In this document: positions 1 through 9,489 of the stretch, in pieces | Numbering within the stretch: position 1 is the first letter of the stretch | Layout of the letters: each line of letters starts with the position of its first letter | From: Candidatus Methanomethylophilaceae archaeon | GTDB taxonomy: Archaea > Thermoplasmatota > Thermoplasmata > Methanomassiliicoccales > Methanomethylophilaceae | Length of the DNA stretch: 64,000 bases | Direction of reading: 5' to 3' | Assembly: GCA_050950505.1 (NCBI GenBank) | Contig: JBMNHS010000001.1 | Span: 32,001 to 96,000 of the forward strand | Program-made: the position numbers and the translations under genes | Notes under the pieces: model-generated | The model's input: the letters and a program-made list of their open reading frames with translations, nothing else | Databases searched by the model: none | What the model was told of the DNA's origin: nothing

Positions 1-10
1 CTTACCCGCA

Positions 11-559
11 ATGACCGGAAGAATGGCTAAATTGGAACGCAACACCCGGGAAACTCAGGTAGTCGCCGAACTGAACCTAGACGGTACCGGCGAATTCCGC
101 GTGGAATGCGAAATTCAGTTTCTGAAACACATGGTCGAAACGATGGCCAGGTACGCCTCTTTCGATCTTAAGATGAATGCGGGAGGAGACAACGACCACC
201 ACATCATCGAAGACGTGGCCATAACCCTCGGCACCGTGACGAAAATGTGTCTCGGCGAAGAACCCGTCGAACGCGTTGCCACGGAATTCGTTCCCATGGA
301 TGACGCTCTGGTCATGGTTTCCCTGGATATCGTCGACCGTCCCTATGCCGACGTGGACTGTCCCGATCCCATTTACGCCCACTTTTTCAGAAGCTTTGCC
401 ATGGCCGCCGGCCTGACGCTGCACATCGACGTGATACGGGGATTCGATGAACACCACATAGTGGAAGCATCGTTCAAGGCTCTCGGCAAAGCGCTTCACA
501 GAGCCACCAGGGTGCGCGGAAGCGAACTCAGCACCAAGGACCGGGTGGAGGTCCGGTAA
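11..559 (+). CDS. hisB: imidazoleglycerol-phosphate dehydratase
   Basis: RNTRETQ start, DHHIIED and EHHIVEASFKALG metal motifs, PMDDAL. Confidence 0.95.
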   Translation: MTGRMAKLERNTRETQVVAELNLDGTGEFRVECEIQFLKHMVETMARYASFDLKMNAGGDNDHHIIEDVAITLGTVTKMCLGEEPVERVATEFVPMDDALVMVSLDIVDRPYADVDCPDPIYAHFFRSFAMAAGLTLHIDVIRGFDEHHIVEASFKALGKALHRATRVRGSELSTKDRVEVR

Positions 560-1302
560 TGATTCCCAAAAGGATCGTTCCGTGCCTTGACATGAGGGAC
601 GGAAAGGTCGTGAAAGGCATACGTTTCGAAGACATACGGGACGTGGGAGACCCCGCGGACATGGCCGTGTCCTATGAAAAACAGGGTGCCGACGAAATAA
701 TGGTGCTTGATATTTCAGGAAACAAGGAACTTTCCCTGAAAGTCGTGTCGGAGATTTCAAAAAAGATTTCAATACCCCTGTGTTTCGGCGGAGGCATAAG
801 AACCGTCAAAGACGCGGAGGATTTCATCAACGCGGGAGCCGACAGAATTTCCATAGGTTCCGCCGCGGTTTCAGCACCGGATCTGATATCCGAATGTTCG
901 GAAAAATTCGGTAAAGACAGAATCATCGTCGCCATCGACGCACGCAAAGAAGAAAACGGTTGGAACGTGTACGTGAAAGGCGGAAAGGAAAACACCGGAA
1001 TGGACGCAGGCGAATGGGCGGTCAGGGCCGAGAAACTCGGTGCGGGGGAAATACTCCTGACTTCCATGGACGGGGACGGTGCGAAAACCGGATACGACAT
1101 ACCGTTGACCTCCCTTGTCTCGGATTCCGTTGAAATCCCCGTGATAGCTTCCGGAGGCTGCGGTTCCGTCGAACACATTTACGAAGTGTTCGACAAGACG
1201 GATGCGTCCGCCGCATTGGCCGCATCGGTGTTCCACTACGGAGAAATGAAAGTGTCCGAAGCCAAAGAATATCTCAGAAACAAAGGAGTGACAATCAGAT
1301 GA
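559..1302 (+). CDS. hisF: imidazole glycerol phosphate synthase cyclase subunit
   Basis: KRIVPCLD..GKVVKG, GGGIR, GEILLTSMDGDG.KTGYD, ASGGCG. Confidence 0.95.
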   Translation: MIPKRIVPCLDMRDGKVVKGIRFEDIRDVGDPADMAVSYEKQGADEIMVLDISGNKELSLKVVSEISKKISIPLCFGGGIRTVKDAEDFINAGADRISIGSAAVSAPDLISECSEKFGKDRIIVAIDARKEENGWNVYVKGGKENTGMDAGEWAVRAEKLGAGEILLTSMDGDGAKTGYDIPLTSLVSDSVEIPVIASGGCGSVEHIYEVFDKTDASAALAASVFHYGEMKVSEAKEYLRNKGVTIR

Positions 1303-1901
1303 CTGAACTTACGTACGACGAAAACGGACTGATACCCGTGGTTGTCCAGGATTGGAAAACCAACGAGGTGTTGATGGTCGCATGGGCGAACGAGGAAGCC
1401 GTGAACCTTATGAACACCACGGGATACACCCACTTTTGGTCCAGAAGCAGAAAGAAACTCTGGAAGAAAGGCGAAGAGTCCGGACACGTTCAGAAAATCG
1501 TTTCGGTGCAGACGGACTGCGACACCGACACTTTGCTTGTGAAAGTGCGTCAGACGGGAAACGCCTGCCACCTGGAAAAACCCTCCTGTTTCGATGCCGT
1601 TCTCGAAGGTTCCCCGGAAAGAACCGTGGCGGTCATCCCCGAACTCGCAAGGACCATAAAAGACAGGAAAGAAAACCCCTCGGAAGAAAGCTACACCTGC
1701 AAACTCATGAACAACAAGGTTCAGATGTGCAAGAAAGTCATCGAAGAGGCGGGAGAGTTCGTATTGAGCGTCATGGACGGGGATTTGAAATCCGCATCTT
1801 CGGAGCTTGCGGATCTTATTTACCACGTGATGGTGGTCATCGAAGCGGAAGATATACCTTTGGAAGACACATACGGAGAATTGTCGGAGAGAAGCCAATG
1901 A
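1299..1901 (+). CDS. hisIE: bifunctional phosphoribosyl-AMP cyclohydrolase / phosphoribosyl-ATP pyrophosphatase
   Basis: SRSR.KLWKKGEESG, DCD.D, ACH...SCF, followed by SYT.KL..KKVIEEAGE..ELADLIYH. Confidence 0.93.
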   Translation: MTELTYDENGLIPVVVQDWKTNEVLMVAWANEEAVNLMNTTGYTHFWSRSRKKLWKKGEESGHVQKIVSVQTDCDTDTLLVKVRQTGNACHLEKPSCFDAVLEGSPERTVAVIPELARTIKDRKENPSEESYTCKLMNNKVQMCKKVIEEAGEFVLSVMDGDLKSASSELADLIYHVMVVIEAEDIPLEDTYGELSERSQ

Positions 1902-2545
1902 GAGCCGATTTGCACACACACACTTTGTTCAGCGACGGAGAACTCGTTCCGTCGGAGCTCGTAAGAAGAGCCGCGGTATTGGGGCACAGCGCACTCGCCA
2001 TCACCGACCACGTGGACGCCGTCAATCTGGAATACGTGGTATCCAACATCGTCAAGGCCTCGGATCTGAGCAATGACGTCATCAAAGTCATTCCGGGAGT
2101 GGAGATAACCCACGTCCCCCCTTCGGATATCGCCGAAGTGGCGGACAGAGCCCTGGAAATGGGTGCCGAATGGATTGTCGTCCACGGGGAAACCGTGGCG
2201 GAACCCGTTGCCGAAGGAACCAACCTTGCCGCAGCTGAAAATCCAAAAATCAATGTTCTTGCCCACCCCGGATTCCTGTCCGAGGAAGCTGCCGAAGCCG
2301 CCGTGAAGAACGGCGTGATCATTGAAATCACAGGCAGGATGTGGCACAACATCACCAACGGGTACGTTGCCAACATGGCCCGCAGAGTCGGTGCCAAAAT
2401 GGTGGTGAACTCCGATACCCACGCCCCCCAGAACCTTCTGACCGAACAGGACGCGATCAACATCGCGCTGGGCGCGGGACTGACCCCCGAGGAAAGTCAC
2501 GATGCCGTGAGGGTCACCCCCTTTGAGGCGATAAGGCATCTCTGA
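1898..2545 (+). CDS. PHP-family phosphatase, probable histidinol-phosphatase
   Basis: DLHTHTLFSDG, AITDH, GVEITH, VHGET, LAHPG, NSDTH motifs; ATGA overlap with hisIE. Confidence 0.85.
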   Translation: MRADLHTHTLFSDGELVPSELVRRAAVLGHSALAITDHVDAVNLEYVVSNIVKASDLSNDVIKVIPGVEITHVPPSDIAEVADRALEMGAEWIVVHGETVAEPVAEGTNLAAAENPKINVLAHPGFLSEEAAEAAVKNGVIIEITGRMWHNITNGYVANMARRVGAKMVVNSDTHAPQNLLTEQDAINIALGAGLTPEESHDAVRVTPFEAIRHL

Positions 2546-2599
2546 GGCCTGCGAAACCCCATCCTGCGTTTCTTTATACTTTAATCCTAATCCGCAATC

Positions 2600-3388
2600 A
2601 TGCCCAAAATTGCGATAATAGGCGGTACGGGAATACACAACAAAGAAGCATTCAAGGTGGAATCCACCGTGTTTCCCGATACTCCGTACGGTAAACCCTC
2701 CGATGAAATTCAGATCGGAAAATTCAACGGTGTGGACGTTGCGTTTCTGTACCGTCATGCCGAAGATCACCACATCAACCCCACCGGGGTGCCTTACAGG
2801 GCCAACATATGGGCTTTGAAGAAGCTCGGGGTGGAAATGGTCATATCCGCGTGCGCGGTGGGTTCCCTCAAGGAAGAATACGCACCGGGGGATTTGGTCA
2901 TAGTTGATGATTTCATAGACTTCACGAGACACCGGGATCTGACCTTCATTGACGACGCGGCCGTTCATATAAGCCTTCCCGAACCTTTCTGCCCCCATAT
3001 GGCCGATGTCTTCGGAGGCGTAGCGGAAGAAATGGGAATAAAGCATCACGAGGGCGGAACCTACATTTGCATCGAAGGTCCCCGTTTCTCGACCAAGGCG
3101 GAAAGCAACATGTTCCGCAACTTCGCGGACATCATCGGCATGACCCTGGTTCCCGAATGCCAACTCGCCAAGGAACTGGGTATGTGCTACTGCAGTCTGG
3201 CGACGATAACCGATTACGACATGTGGAAAGACGAGCACGTTGACACCCACATGGTGAGAAAGGTCATGGCGGAAAATTCCGAAAACGTGGTGGAACTTCT
3301 GAAAAGAGGTCTGCCGAAAATTGTGTTTGACAAATGCGATTGTGCCGCCGATGCCAAAAACGCGGGATCGGTGGATTTGAAGGTCTGA
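2600..3388 (+). CDS. mtnP: S-methyl-5'-thioadenosine phosphorylase
   Basis: IIGGTG, TPYG.PS, RANIWAL, EGPRFSTKAES, GMT, TDYD. Confidence 0.92.
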   Translation: MPKIAIIGGTGIHNKEAFKVESTVFPDTPYGKPSDEIQIGKFNGVDVAFLYRHAEDHHINPTGVPYRANIWALKKLGVEMVISACAVGSLKEEYAPGDLVIVDDFIDFTRHRDLTFIDDAAVHISLPEPFCPHMADVFGGVAEEMGIKHHEGGTYICIEGPRFSTKAESNMFRNFADIIGMTLVPECQLAKELGMCYCSLATITDYDMWKDEHVDTHMVRKVMAENSENVVELLKRGLPKIVFDKCDCAADAKNAGSVDLKV

Positions 3389-3390
3389 AG

Positions 3391-5565
3391 ATGAGCGGGG
3401 GATCCCGAATAAGAATACGGGGGACCGTCCAGGGAGTGGGATTCCGCCCTGCGGTTTACCGTACGGCTTCCGGACTCGGAATCGACGGAACCGTGAGAAA
3501 CGACGGTTCGGACGTAATCATCGAGTGCGAACAGGGAGAAAAGTTGCTCAAAGAACTGATTGAAAACCTTCCCCCTTTGGCGGTCATCGAAGACATCCGT
3601 TCCGAAAAAGCGGACCTGTCATTCGCCAAGGGATTCAGAATCATCGATTCTTCCCCCGGAAAGGGTTCGGTTTCCATCCCCACCGATACCGCAATCTGCG
3701 ACAGGTGCCTGGAAGAAATAAGATCTCCCGGAAGAAGACGGGGTTATCCCTTCACGTCCTGTACCGACTGCGGCGCCAGGTTCACTTTGCTTGAATCCCT
3801 TCCTTATGACAGAAAGAACACATCGATGGAAGAATTTCCCATGTGTCCCGAATGCAAAAAGGAATTCGGAGATCCGGAGAACAGAAGATTACACCATCAG
3901 ACCATATGTTGCCCGAAATGCGGCCCCGTTTACCGGTTGGTGAACAACAAAGGGGAAAGCATTCCCGGAGACCCGATTCCGACTTTCGCCCGTATGCTTT
4001 CCGAAGGCAAAGTGGGAGTGGCCAAAAGCTGGGGCGGGATGCATATCTGCGGCACCCTCAAGAACGTCGGACGGCTGAGGGAATGGTACGGAAGGCCTCA
4101 GAAACCTTTCGCCGTGATGGTCCGTGACACGGAGGCCGTGAAAAAATACGGAAATCCCGACGAAAACGAATTGTCGGCTTTGACGTCCCCCCACCGTCCC
4201 ATCGTTCTGGTGAACAAAAGAAACATACCCGAATCCGTGGCCCCGGGCCTGGACAACGTGGGAATGTTTCTGCCGTACACGGGAATGCAGCATCTTATCT
4301 TCGACAATCTCGAAGAAGACGTCTTGATAATGACTTCCGCGAATCCCCCCGGAGAACCCATGATTACAAGGGATTCGGATGTCATGGAAATGGAAGCGGA
4401 CATGTATCTGCTGCATGACAGAAACATAGTGAACCGGGCGGACGACAGCGTGCTGCGGATGTACAGAAACCACACGTTTTATCTCAGAAAATCCAGAGGG
4501 AGCATTCCCTCTTTCATTGACTCCCTGGGACTGAAAGGTTCGGTCGTAGGAATCGGCGCCCAGGAAAACCTGTCCGGATCCGTTTCGGGAGACGGCAGGA
4601 TATACCAGACCCAGTTTGTGGGCGACGGTGCCGGAATCGGCGTTCCCGAATATCTTGAAAGTTCGATTGTGAGTCTGGCGGATATGACGGGATCCGAACC
4701 GGAACTTGTCGTAATGGATATGCATCCCGCATATTCCACCCGCAAAGTCGGAAAGAATCTTTCCGGGAAATATGACGTTCCTCTCGTCGAAGTGCAGCAC
4801 CATTGGGCCCACGCGGCTTCGCTGCTTGCGGACAACGGTCTGACCGGAGGAACGGTTTTGACCCTTGACGGAACGGGATACGGAAGCGACGGAAACGCTT
4901 GGGGCGGAGAGGTGCTGTCAACGGATTTGAAGAGTTTCACACGGGATGCCCATTTGGAAAACATTCCGTTGTTGGGTGCCGAAAAAGCCGTTTATGATTT
5001 GAAACGTCTTAAATTCGCCGTTGACGTCATCAACGGGAAAGAATCGGATCTGTTCCCCGAACGGGAAGCTTCGATACTGAAGAAACTCATGAACACCAGC
5101 GTGAAGAGTTCTTCCATGGGACGGCTGATGGATACTCTGTCCTTCGTGTTCGGAGTGTGTGAAAAACGGACTTACGACGGCGAACCCTCCATGAAACTGG
5201 AACCGCTGCTGGCCCGCGGCTCGCTGATTCCCGGGTACGAGACTTATGTTGAGAACGGTGTGGTGAAAACCGCCCACCTGTTCGATAAAATCGACCGGAA
5301 CGACAAACCGGAAGACGTGGCATACTCCGTGATTTACAATGTCATGGACGAATTGGTGGCCGTTGCGGTCGAGAATGCTGACCGGACGGGAAACGGATAC
5401 ATAGGCATGTCCGGAGGCGTCACTTACAACCATGCGGTTTCCGAAATCTTCGACGAACTGGGAGGCCGTTCAGACCATGAATTAATATTCCATGACAGAG
5501 TACCGAACGGCGATGGGGGCATATCGGTCGGACAGGCCGCTATCGCGCTGATGATGATTCAATGA
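3391..5565 (+). CDS. hypF: [NiFe]-hydrogenase maturation carbamoyltransferase
   Basis: GTVQGVGFRP acylphosphatase domain, CxxC zinc fingers, TSAN, QHHWAH, DGTGYG, PNGDGGISVGQ. Confidence 0.95.
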   Translation: MSGGSRIRIRGTVQGVGFRPAVYRTASGLGIDGTVRNDGSDVIIECEQGEKLLKELIENLPPLAVIEDIRSEKADLSFAKGFRIIDSSPGKGSVSIPTDTAICDRCLEEIRSPGRRRGYPFTSCTDCGARFTLLESLPYDRKNTSMEEFPMCPECKKEFGDPENRRLHHQTICCPKCGPVYRLVNNKGESIPGDPIPTFARMLSEGKVGVAKSWGGMHICGTLKNVGRLREWYGRPQKPFAVMVRDTEAVKKYGNPDENELSALTSPHRPIVLVNKRNIPESVAPGLDNVGMFLPYTGMQHLIFDNLEEDVLIMTSANPPGEPMITRDSDVMEMEADMYLLHDRNIVNRADDSVLRMYRNHTFYLRKSRGSIPSFIDSLGLKGSVVGIGAQENLSGSVSGDGRIYQTQFVGDGAGIGVPEYLESSIVSLADMTGSEPELVVMDMHPAYSTRKVGKNLSGKYDVPLVEVQHHWAHAASLLADNGLTGGTVLTLDGTGYGSDGNAWGGEVLSTDLKSFTRDAHLENIPLLGAEKAVYDLKRLKFAVDVINGKESDLFPEREASILKKLMNTSVKSSSMGRLMDTLSFVFGVCEKRTYDGEPSMKLEPLLARGSLIPGYETYVENGVVKTAHLFDKIDRNDKPEDVAYSVIYNVMDELVAVAVENADRTGNGYIGMSGGVTYNHAVSEIFDELGGRSDHELIFHDRVPNGDGGISVGQAAIALMMIQ

Positions 5566-6557
5566 ACACGTTGTTTGTACTGCTGGACGGGGCGGAAGAT
5601 CATCCGCACCCTCTTCTTGACGGGAAAAAACCCATACATGTAGCGGAAATGCCGTTTTTGAGATCCGGAGCGACACACAGATTCCGCACGACCGGAAAAG
5701 CTTACACCCATCTGTTTCTGAACGAATTTTTCACGGGACATCCTCCCGACAGTTCCAGAGCCGCCCTCGAAGCCTTGGGTCTGGGTCTTGATATGAGCGG
5801 TGACAGAAACGCATTCAGATTCAGCCCCGCAAGATTCGTTGACAACATGATTTACTGGATTTACGATTTGGAGGACGTGAAGGACGACATCGAATTCCAC
5901 ATCATGGACAACCTCTGGATTTTGGAGAAATACGAACCGGACATCAATTTCTTCCTTGAGGGCAGAGCCGTTCTGACCATGGAATATTCCGATGTTCCCG
6001 ATCTGCCCGCGCCGCCGGTCAACACGGCTTACGTTGAGGTTCCGGGGGATTTGGGTAAACTTGTGAACAGAGTGGCTGAAATTTTGAACGGCGTCACCAA
6101 CTATCCCTGGGGATGCGGAAGAATCGGACACGTCCATCCCGGATTCAAATCTTTGGGCAAAATGACCGCAATATCCGACAGTCCCACTTCCCTGGGCATC
6201 TGTTCGTCCCTGGGATACGACATACGTCTGGTGGATGAATTGGAAGACAGGTTCCCAGTCGCCGTCGAGGCTTTGGAACACGGGAACGTGTTTTTGCACA
6301 TAGACGAGGTCGACGAATACAGCCACCAGAAAGACCCGTTCAAGAAAATCGATGTGCTGGAACACACCGACGAACTTATGGAGAAATACTTCTCCCACGC
6401 GGAACGGATTGTTTACTTCACGGATCACGGCACTTCCTGCGTGACCGGCGAACACATTTTAACCGATGTGCCGGTTTGGACAACGTTCGAATGCAATTTG
6501 AAAGAAGGTGAAATCACTCCCTTGAAAGAAGTGATACCCGGAATAATGGGATATTGA
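5562..6557 (+). CDS. alkaline-phosphatase-superfamily protein (divergent ApgM/iPGM-like)
   Basis: LLDGAED, RAALEALGLG, DEYSH.KD, TDHGT, GEH metal ligands; shorter than a typical ApgM. Confidence 0.7.
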   Translation: MNTLFVLLDGAEDHPHPLLDGKKPIHVAEMPFLRSGATHRFRTTGKAYTHLFLNEFFTGHPPDSSRAALEALGLGLDMSGDRNAFRFSPARFVDNMIYWIYDLEDVKDDIEFHIMDNLWILEKYEPDINFFLEGRAVLTMEYSDVPDLPAPPVNTAYVEVPGDLGKLVNRVAEILNGVTNYPWGCGRIGHVHPGFKSLGKMTAISDSPTSLGICSSLGYDIRLVDELEDRFPVAVEALEHGNVFLHIDEVDEYSHQKDPFKKIDVLEHTDELMEKYFSHAERIVYFTDHGTSCVTGEHILTDVPVWTTFECNLKEGEITPLKEVIPGIMGY

Positions 6558-6566
6558 GGAATTCAT

Positions 6567-7685
6567 ATGACTTACAACGGAAAGCTTCCCGAATCATTGG
6601 AAGTTTGGGGCAACAGAAAAATCGCTGACGATCTGATTGGCAAGATGTGGGGGAAAAGAGGCGTCTTTACCTGTACGGTGGCAAATACCATGACGTCGGT
6701 CCGTCCGGGAATCTCCGATGCGGGGGATACGCCCGAACTTACGCTGTTCACTCCCCCCGCAGATGTGGAACTTCTTGTGAACGGCGAAGTCACCTGCATG
6801 GAAGGCATTCCGATCAACCCCGGCGGAATACCCACACCCGCCACTTTGACCAAAGCCGCCCTTCAGCTTTCCGGCCTGCCGTTTTACATTATCAACGGCG
6901 GAAGCAAAATCAATCCTTTCGTACCCTATTTTGACGTGGGAGGGGAATGCGGACGGGACATAACCACCGGAGACTCGGTTTCCAATGTGAAAGAAGGTTA
7001 TGAAAAAGGAAGAATTCTGGCCAAGTCCCTTGCCCGGGGATACGATTACATCGTAATCAGCGAAAGTTGTGCCGGAGGAACCACGACTGCTTTGGGGGTT
7101 CTTACCGCCATGGGGACCGTAAAAGAAAATCTTGTGAGCAGCAGCTCCCCCAACAATCCCAGGGAACTTAAAACGGAAACCGTGATGATGGGTCTAAAGG
7201 CCGCCGGAATCAAACCCGGGGACTTGGAGAATGACCCGTTGAGAGCGATCGAGTGCGTCGGAGACCCTATGATGCCCGCAAACGTGGGAATGCTCGTGGG
7301 CGCCGCGGAAGCGGGAATTCCGGTTATCGTGGGAGGAGGCACTCAGATGGCCGCGGTCATGGCCGCGGCGGTGAAGATGAATCCTTCCGTCGTGGGAAAC
7401 ATGTTCCAGGGAACCACGGGATGGCTGATGAACGATCCCAATTCCAGCATGGTGAAACTCATGAGCGCCATATCCGAAGACATACCCATAGTTTACGTAA
7501 ATATGGATTACAACAAGAGTCCTTTCGAAGGTCTGCAGGCTTACGAATGGGGATACATCAAAGAAGGTGTCGGATGCGGCGGTGCTTCGGTTGCCGCCAT
7601 TCTCGGAAGCAAAGGCAAGATAACCTGCGACATCCTGCTTGACGAGGTTCACAGGGTATACAAGGAAATCATGGGAATTCAGTGA
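6567..7685 (+). CDS. cobT: archaeal-type nicotinate-nucleotide:base phosphoribosyltransferase
   Basis: GISDAG, TPPADVE, PTPATLT, ESCAGGTTTA, GDPMM, GGTQM, KEGVGCGG. Confidence 0.88.
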   Translation: MTYNGKLPESLEVWGNRKIADDLIGKMWGKRGVFTCTVANTMTSVRPGISDAGDTPELTLFTPPADVELLVNGEVTCMEGIPINPGGIPTPATLTKAALQLSGLPFYIINGGSKINPFVPYFDVGGECGRDITTGDSVSNVKEGYEKGRILAKSLARGYDYIVISESCAGGTTTALGVLTAMGTVKENLVSSSSPNNPRELKTETVMMGLKAAGIKPGDLENDPLRAIECVGDPMMPANVGMLVGAAEAGIPVIVGGGTQMAAVMAAAVKMNPSVVGNMFQGTTGWLMNDPNSSMVKLMSAISEDIPIVYVNMDYNKSPFEGLQAYEWGYIKEGVGCGGASVAAILGSKGKITCDILLDEVHRVYKEIMGIQ

Positions 7686-8280
7686 GCCAGCGGGCCATTC
7701 TCAATTCTTCCGTGGTGTTTACGTTCACCGCCAGATCGATGCAGGAACATTTGTAGAAACTTTCCTGAAGATAATCCCCGTCAATGGTTCTTTGCCGGTC
7801 CATGATGTTTATTCCCGACATTACCCAGAACTTACCGCCAAGGTTTATCGTGTACGAAGGGGTGATTCCGAACCTTCTGATGGATTCTTCGTCAACCACG
7901 GCAATCATGGATTCCATGTCGGGTTTGAAGGCGTTTGTTATTCCGTCTATCACGTTTGTTGACAATAAAGGTAAATCAGACGGCGACGTCAGAACGAACT
8001 CCGAACTCATCAGTTTCAGGGACGAGTGGAGATCGTCAACATAACTGTCGCCGCTGGTTTTTATGGTTTCATAACCCAGATCGTTGAGATACATCTCCGT
8101 TTGCGGAGTGTTGGAACTTACTGAGATCAATATCGAAGATATGTTTTTCGAGGCTTCCAACGCCGAGATTACATGCATGACCGTCGGTTTCCCTCCGACG
8201 GTCAGCATGGGTTTCTCTATGCCGTTGTTCAGCATCCGTGTGCCTTTTCCGCCTGCGTTTATCAATGCTTCGAATCTCAT
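7669..8280 (-). CDS. cobY: GTP:adenosylcobinamide-phosphate guanylyltransferase
   Basis: AGGKGTRM..EKP, SDLP, NVNT; cob operon context. Confidence 0.88.
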   Translation of the reverse strand: MRFEALINAGGKGTRMLNNGIEKPMLTVGGKPTVMHVISALEASKNISSILISVSSNTPQTEMYLNDLGYETIKTSGDSYVDDLHSSLKLMSSEFVLTSPSDLPLLSTNVIDGITNAFKPDMESMIAVVDEESIRRFGITPSYTINLGGKFWVMSGINIMDRQRTIDGDYLQESFYKCSCIDLAVNVNTTEELRMARWLTEFP

Positions 8281-9473
8281 ATGTAAGTCAACAACTTAGC
8301 AACCAGAAGAAGGACAAACAACATAGAGAAGGCGATAACCGGCCTTGCGATCTCGTTTGTCGCTCCCAATATGTCTCCCGACGTTGAGCCGAATGTCTTG
8401 TCTGCGGTTTTGGCCATTAATTTTCCCACGTATACGGATATCGCTATTCCCGCCAAAAGGGCGACAACCATGGTGACTGCCATACGGGGGAATCCCGATA
8501 TCAAATCATAGGGATAATACATTTTGTGGATTGCCGCTATGACTATCAACACCACAAGTGTGAGTACCAGTCCCACGACGGACAGAATCGACGTCACCGT
8601 TATCGACTTGGTCAACGTTTTGCTGTCTGCCTTTCTGACCTGGGCGGATGCCATGCCGTTACCCGCGGTCCCGTGAACCGCGGCGGAAACCATTGCATTC
8701 TTTATCAGGATTTCCGTAATCGGGATTATGAAAAGCATTGACGCAAATGTAAAGAATGACGCTTGCGCATATATCGCGAATGCCGCCAGTGTCACCACCA
8801 GAGCCACCCCGAAGCCTCCGGCGCCTATGCCGGTGTCCTTCATGGCCCGGATGTGTTTTTCCTGATTTCCCGATGCCACCATTCCGTCTCCGAAATCAAC
8901 AAGTCCGTCAAAATGCAGGAACTTGCTGCCGACAAGAACGGTCGCCAGCACAACGATTGCGACCAACGGGTTCATCGAAAGGTTCAGGAAATAGTCCAAG
9001 ATAAAGAAAATAATTATTTCCAAAGCGACTATGGTTGCGAAAAGCGCGCCTATCACGGGAACCAGATAGAAACGGTCTTCCATTGCTTCCATGTCCTGTT
9101 GCCCAACGTCCTGCCTCCAGATTGTAAAGAAAGATATCATCGCTTTGAGAGCGGATCGATCCTTTTCCCTGGAAGGTTCAAGATGCGACGCATCGTTCAT
9201 ATAAGATTCCGTTCTGACATATTCTTCTTCGGCTTCGGGAATCGGTTCATCATCGAAATCCTCGGATGAATCGTCAGATTTCTCCGCAGATTCTTCCGTT
9301 ACGGGTTCAGAATCGAAACTGTATTCCGAAGAAGATATTCCTCCTGTTGTTCTTGCTTCCGAACCAAGAAACGGACGACCCTGCTTGCCCGACCAACTTT
9401 CGGGCTGTGCATTTTCGCCGGTAGAAATTTCTTCCTCGGACTCCGAAAACAACTCACTCTTCTCCTCTGTCAT
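8277..9473 (-). CDS. cobS: cobalamin-5'-phosphate synthase with acidic N-terminal extension
   Basis: SFFT, LHFDGLVDFGDG, AMKDTGIGAGG, FG.TSGDILGATNE; multiple TM helices. Confidence 0.9.
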   Translation of the reverse strand: MTEEKSELFSESEEEISTGENAQPESWSGKQGRPFLGSEARTTGGISSSEYSFDSEPVTEESAEKSDDSSEDFDDEPIPEAEEEYVRTESYMNDASHLEPSREKDRSALKAMISFFTIWRQDVGQQDMEAMEDRFYLVPVIGALFATIVALEIIIFFILDYFLNLSMNPLVAIVVLATVLVGSKFLHFDGLVDFGDGMVASGNQEKHIRAMKDTGIGAGGFGVALVVTLAAFAIYAQASFFTFASMLFIIPITEILIKNAMVSAAVHGTAGNGMASAQVRKADSKTLTKSITVTSILSVVGLVLTLVVLIVIAAIHKMYYPYDLISGFPRMAVTMVVALLAGIAISVYVGKLMAKTADKTFGSTSGDILGATNEIARPVIAFSMLFVLLLVAKLLTYI

Positions 9474-9489
9474 TTCAACACCTCCTGCC

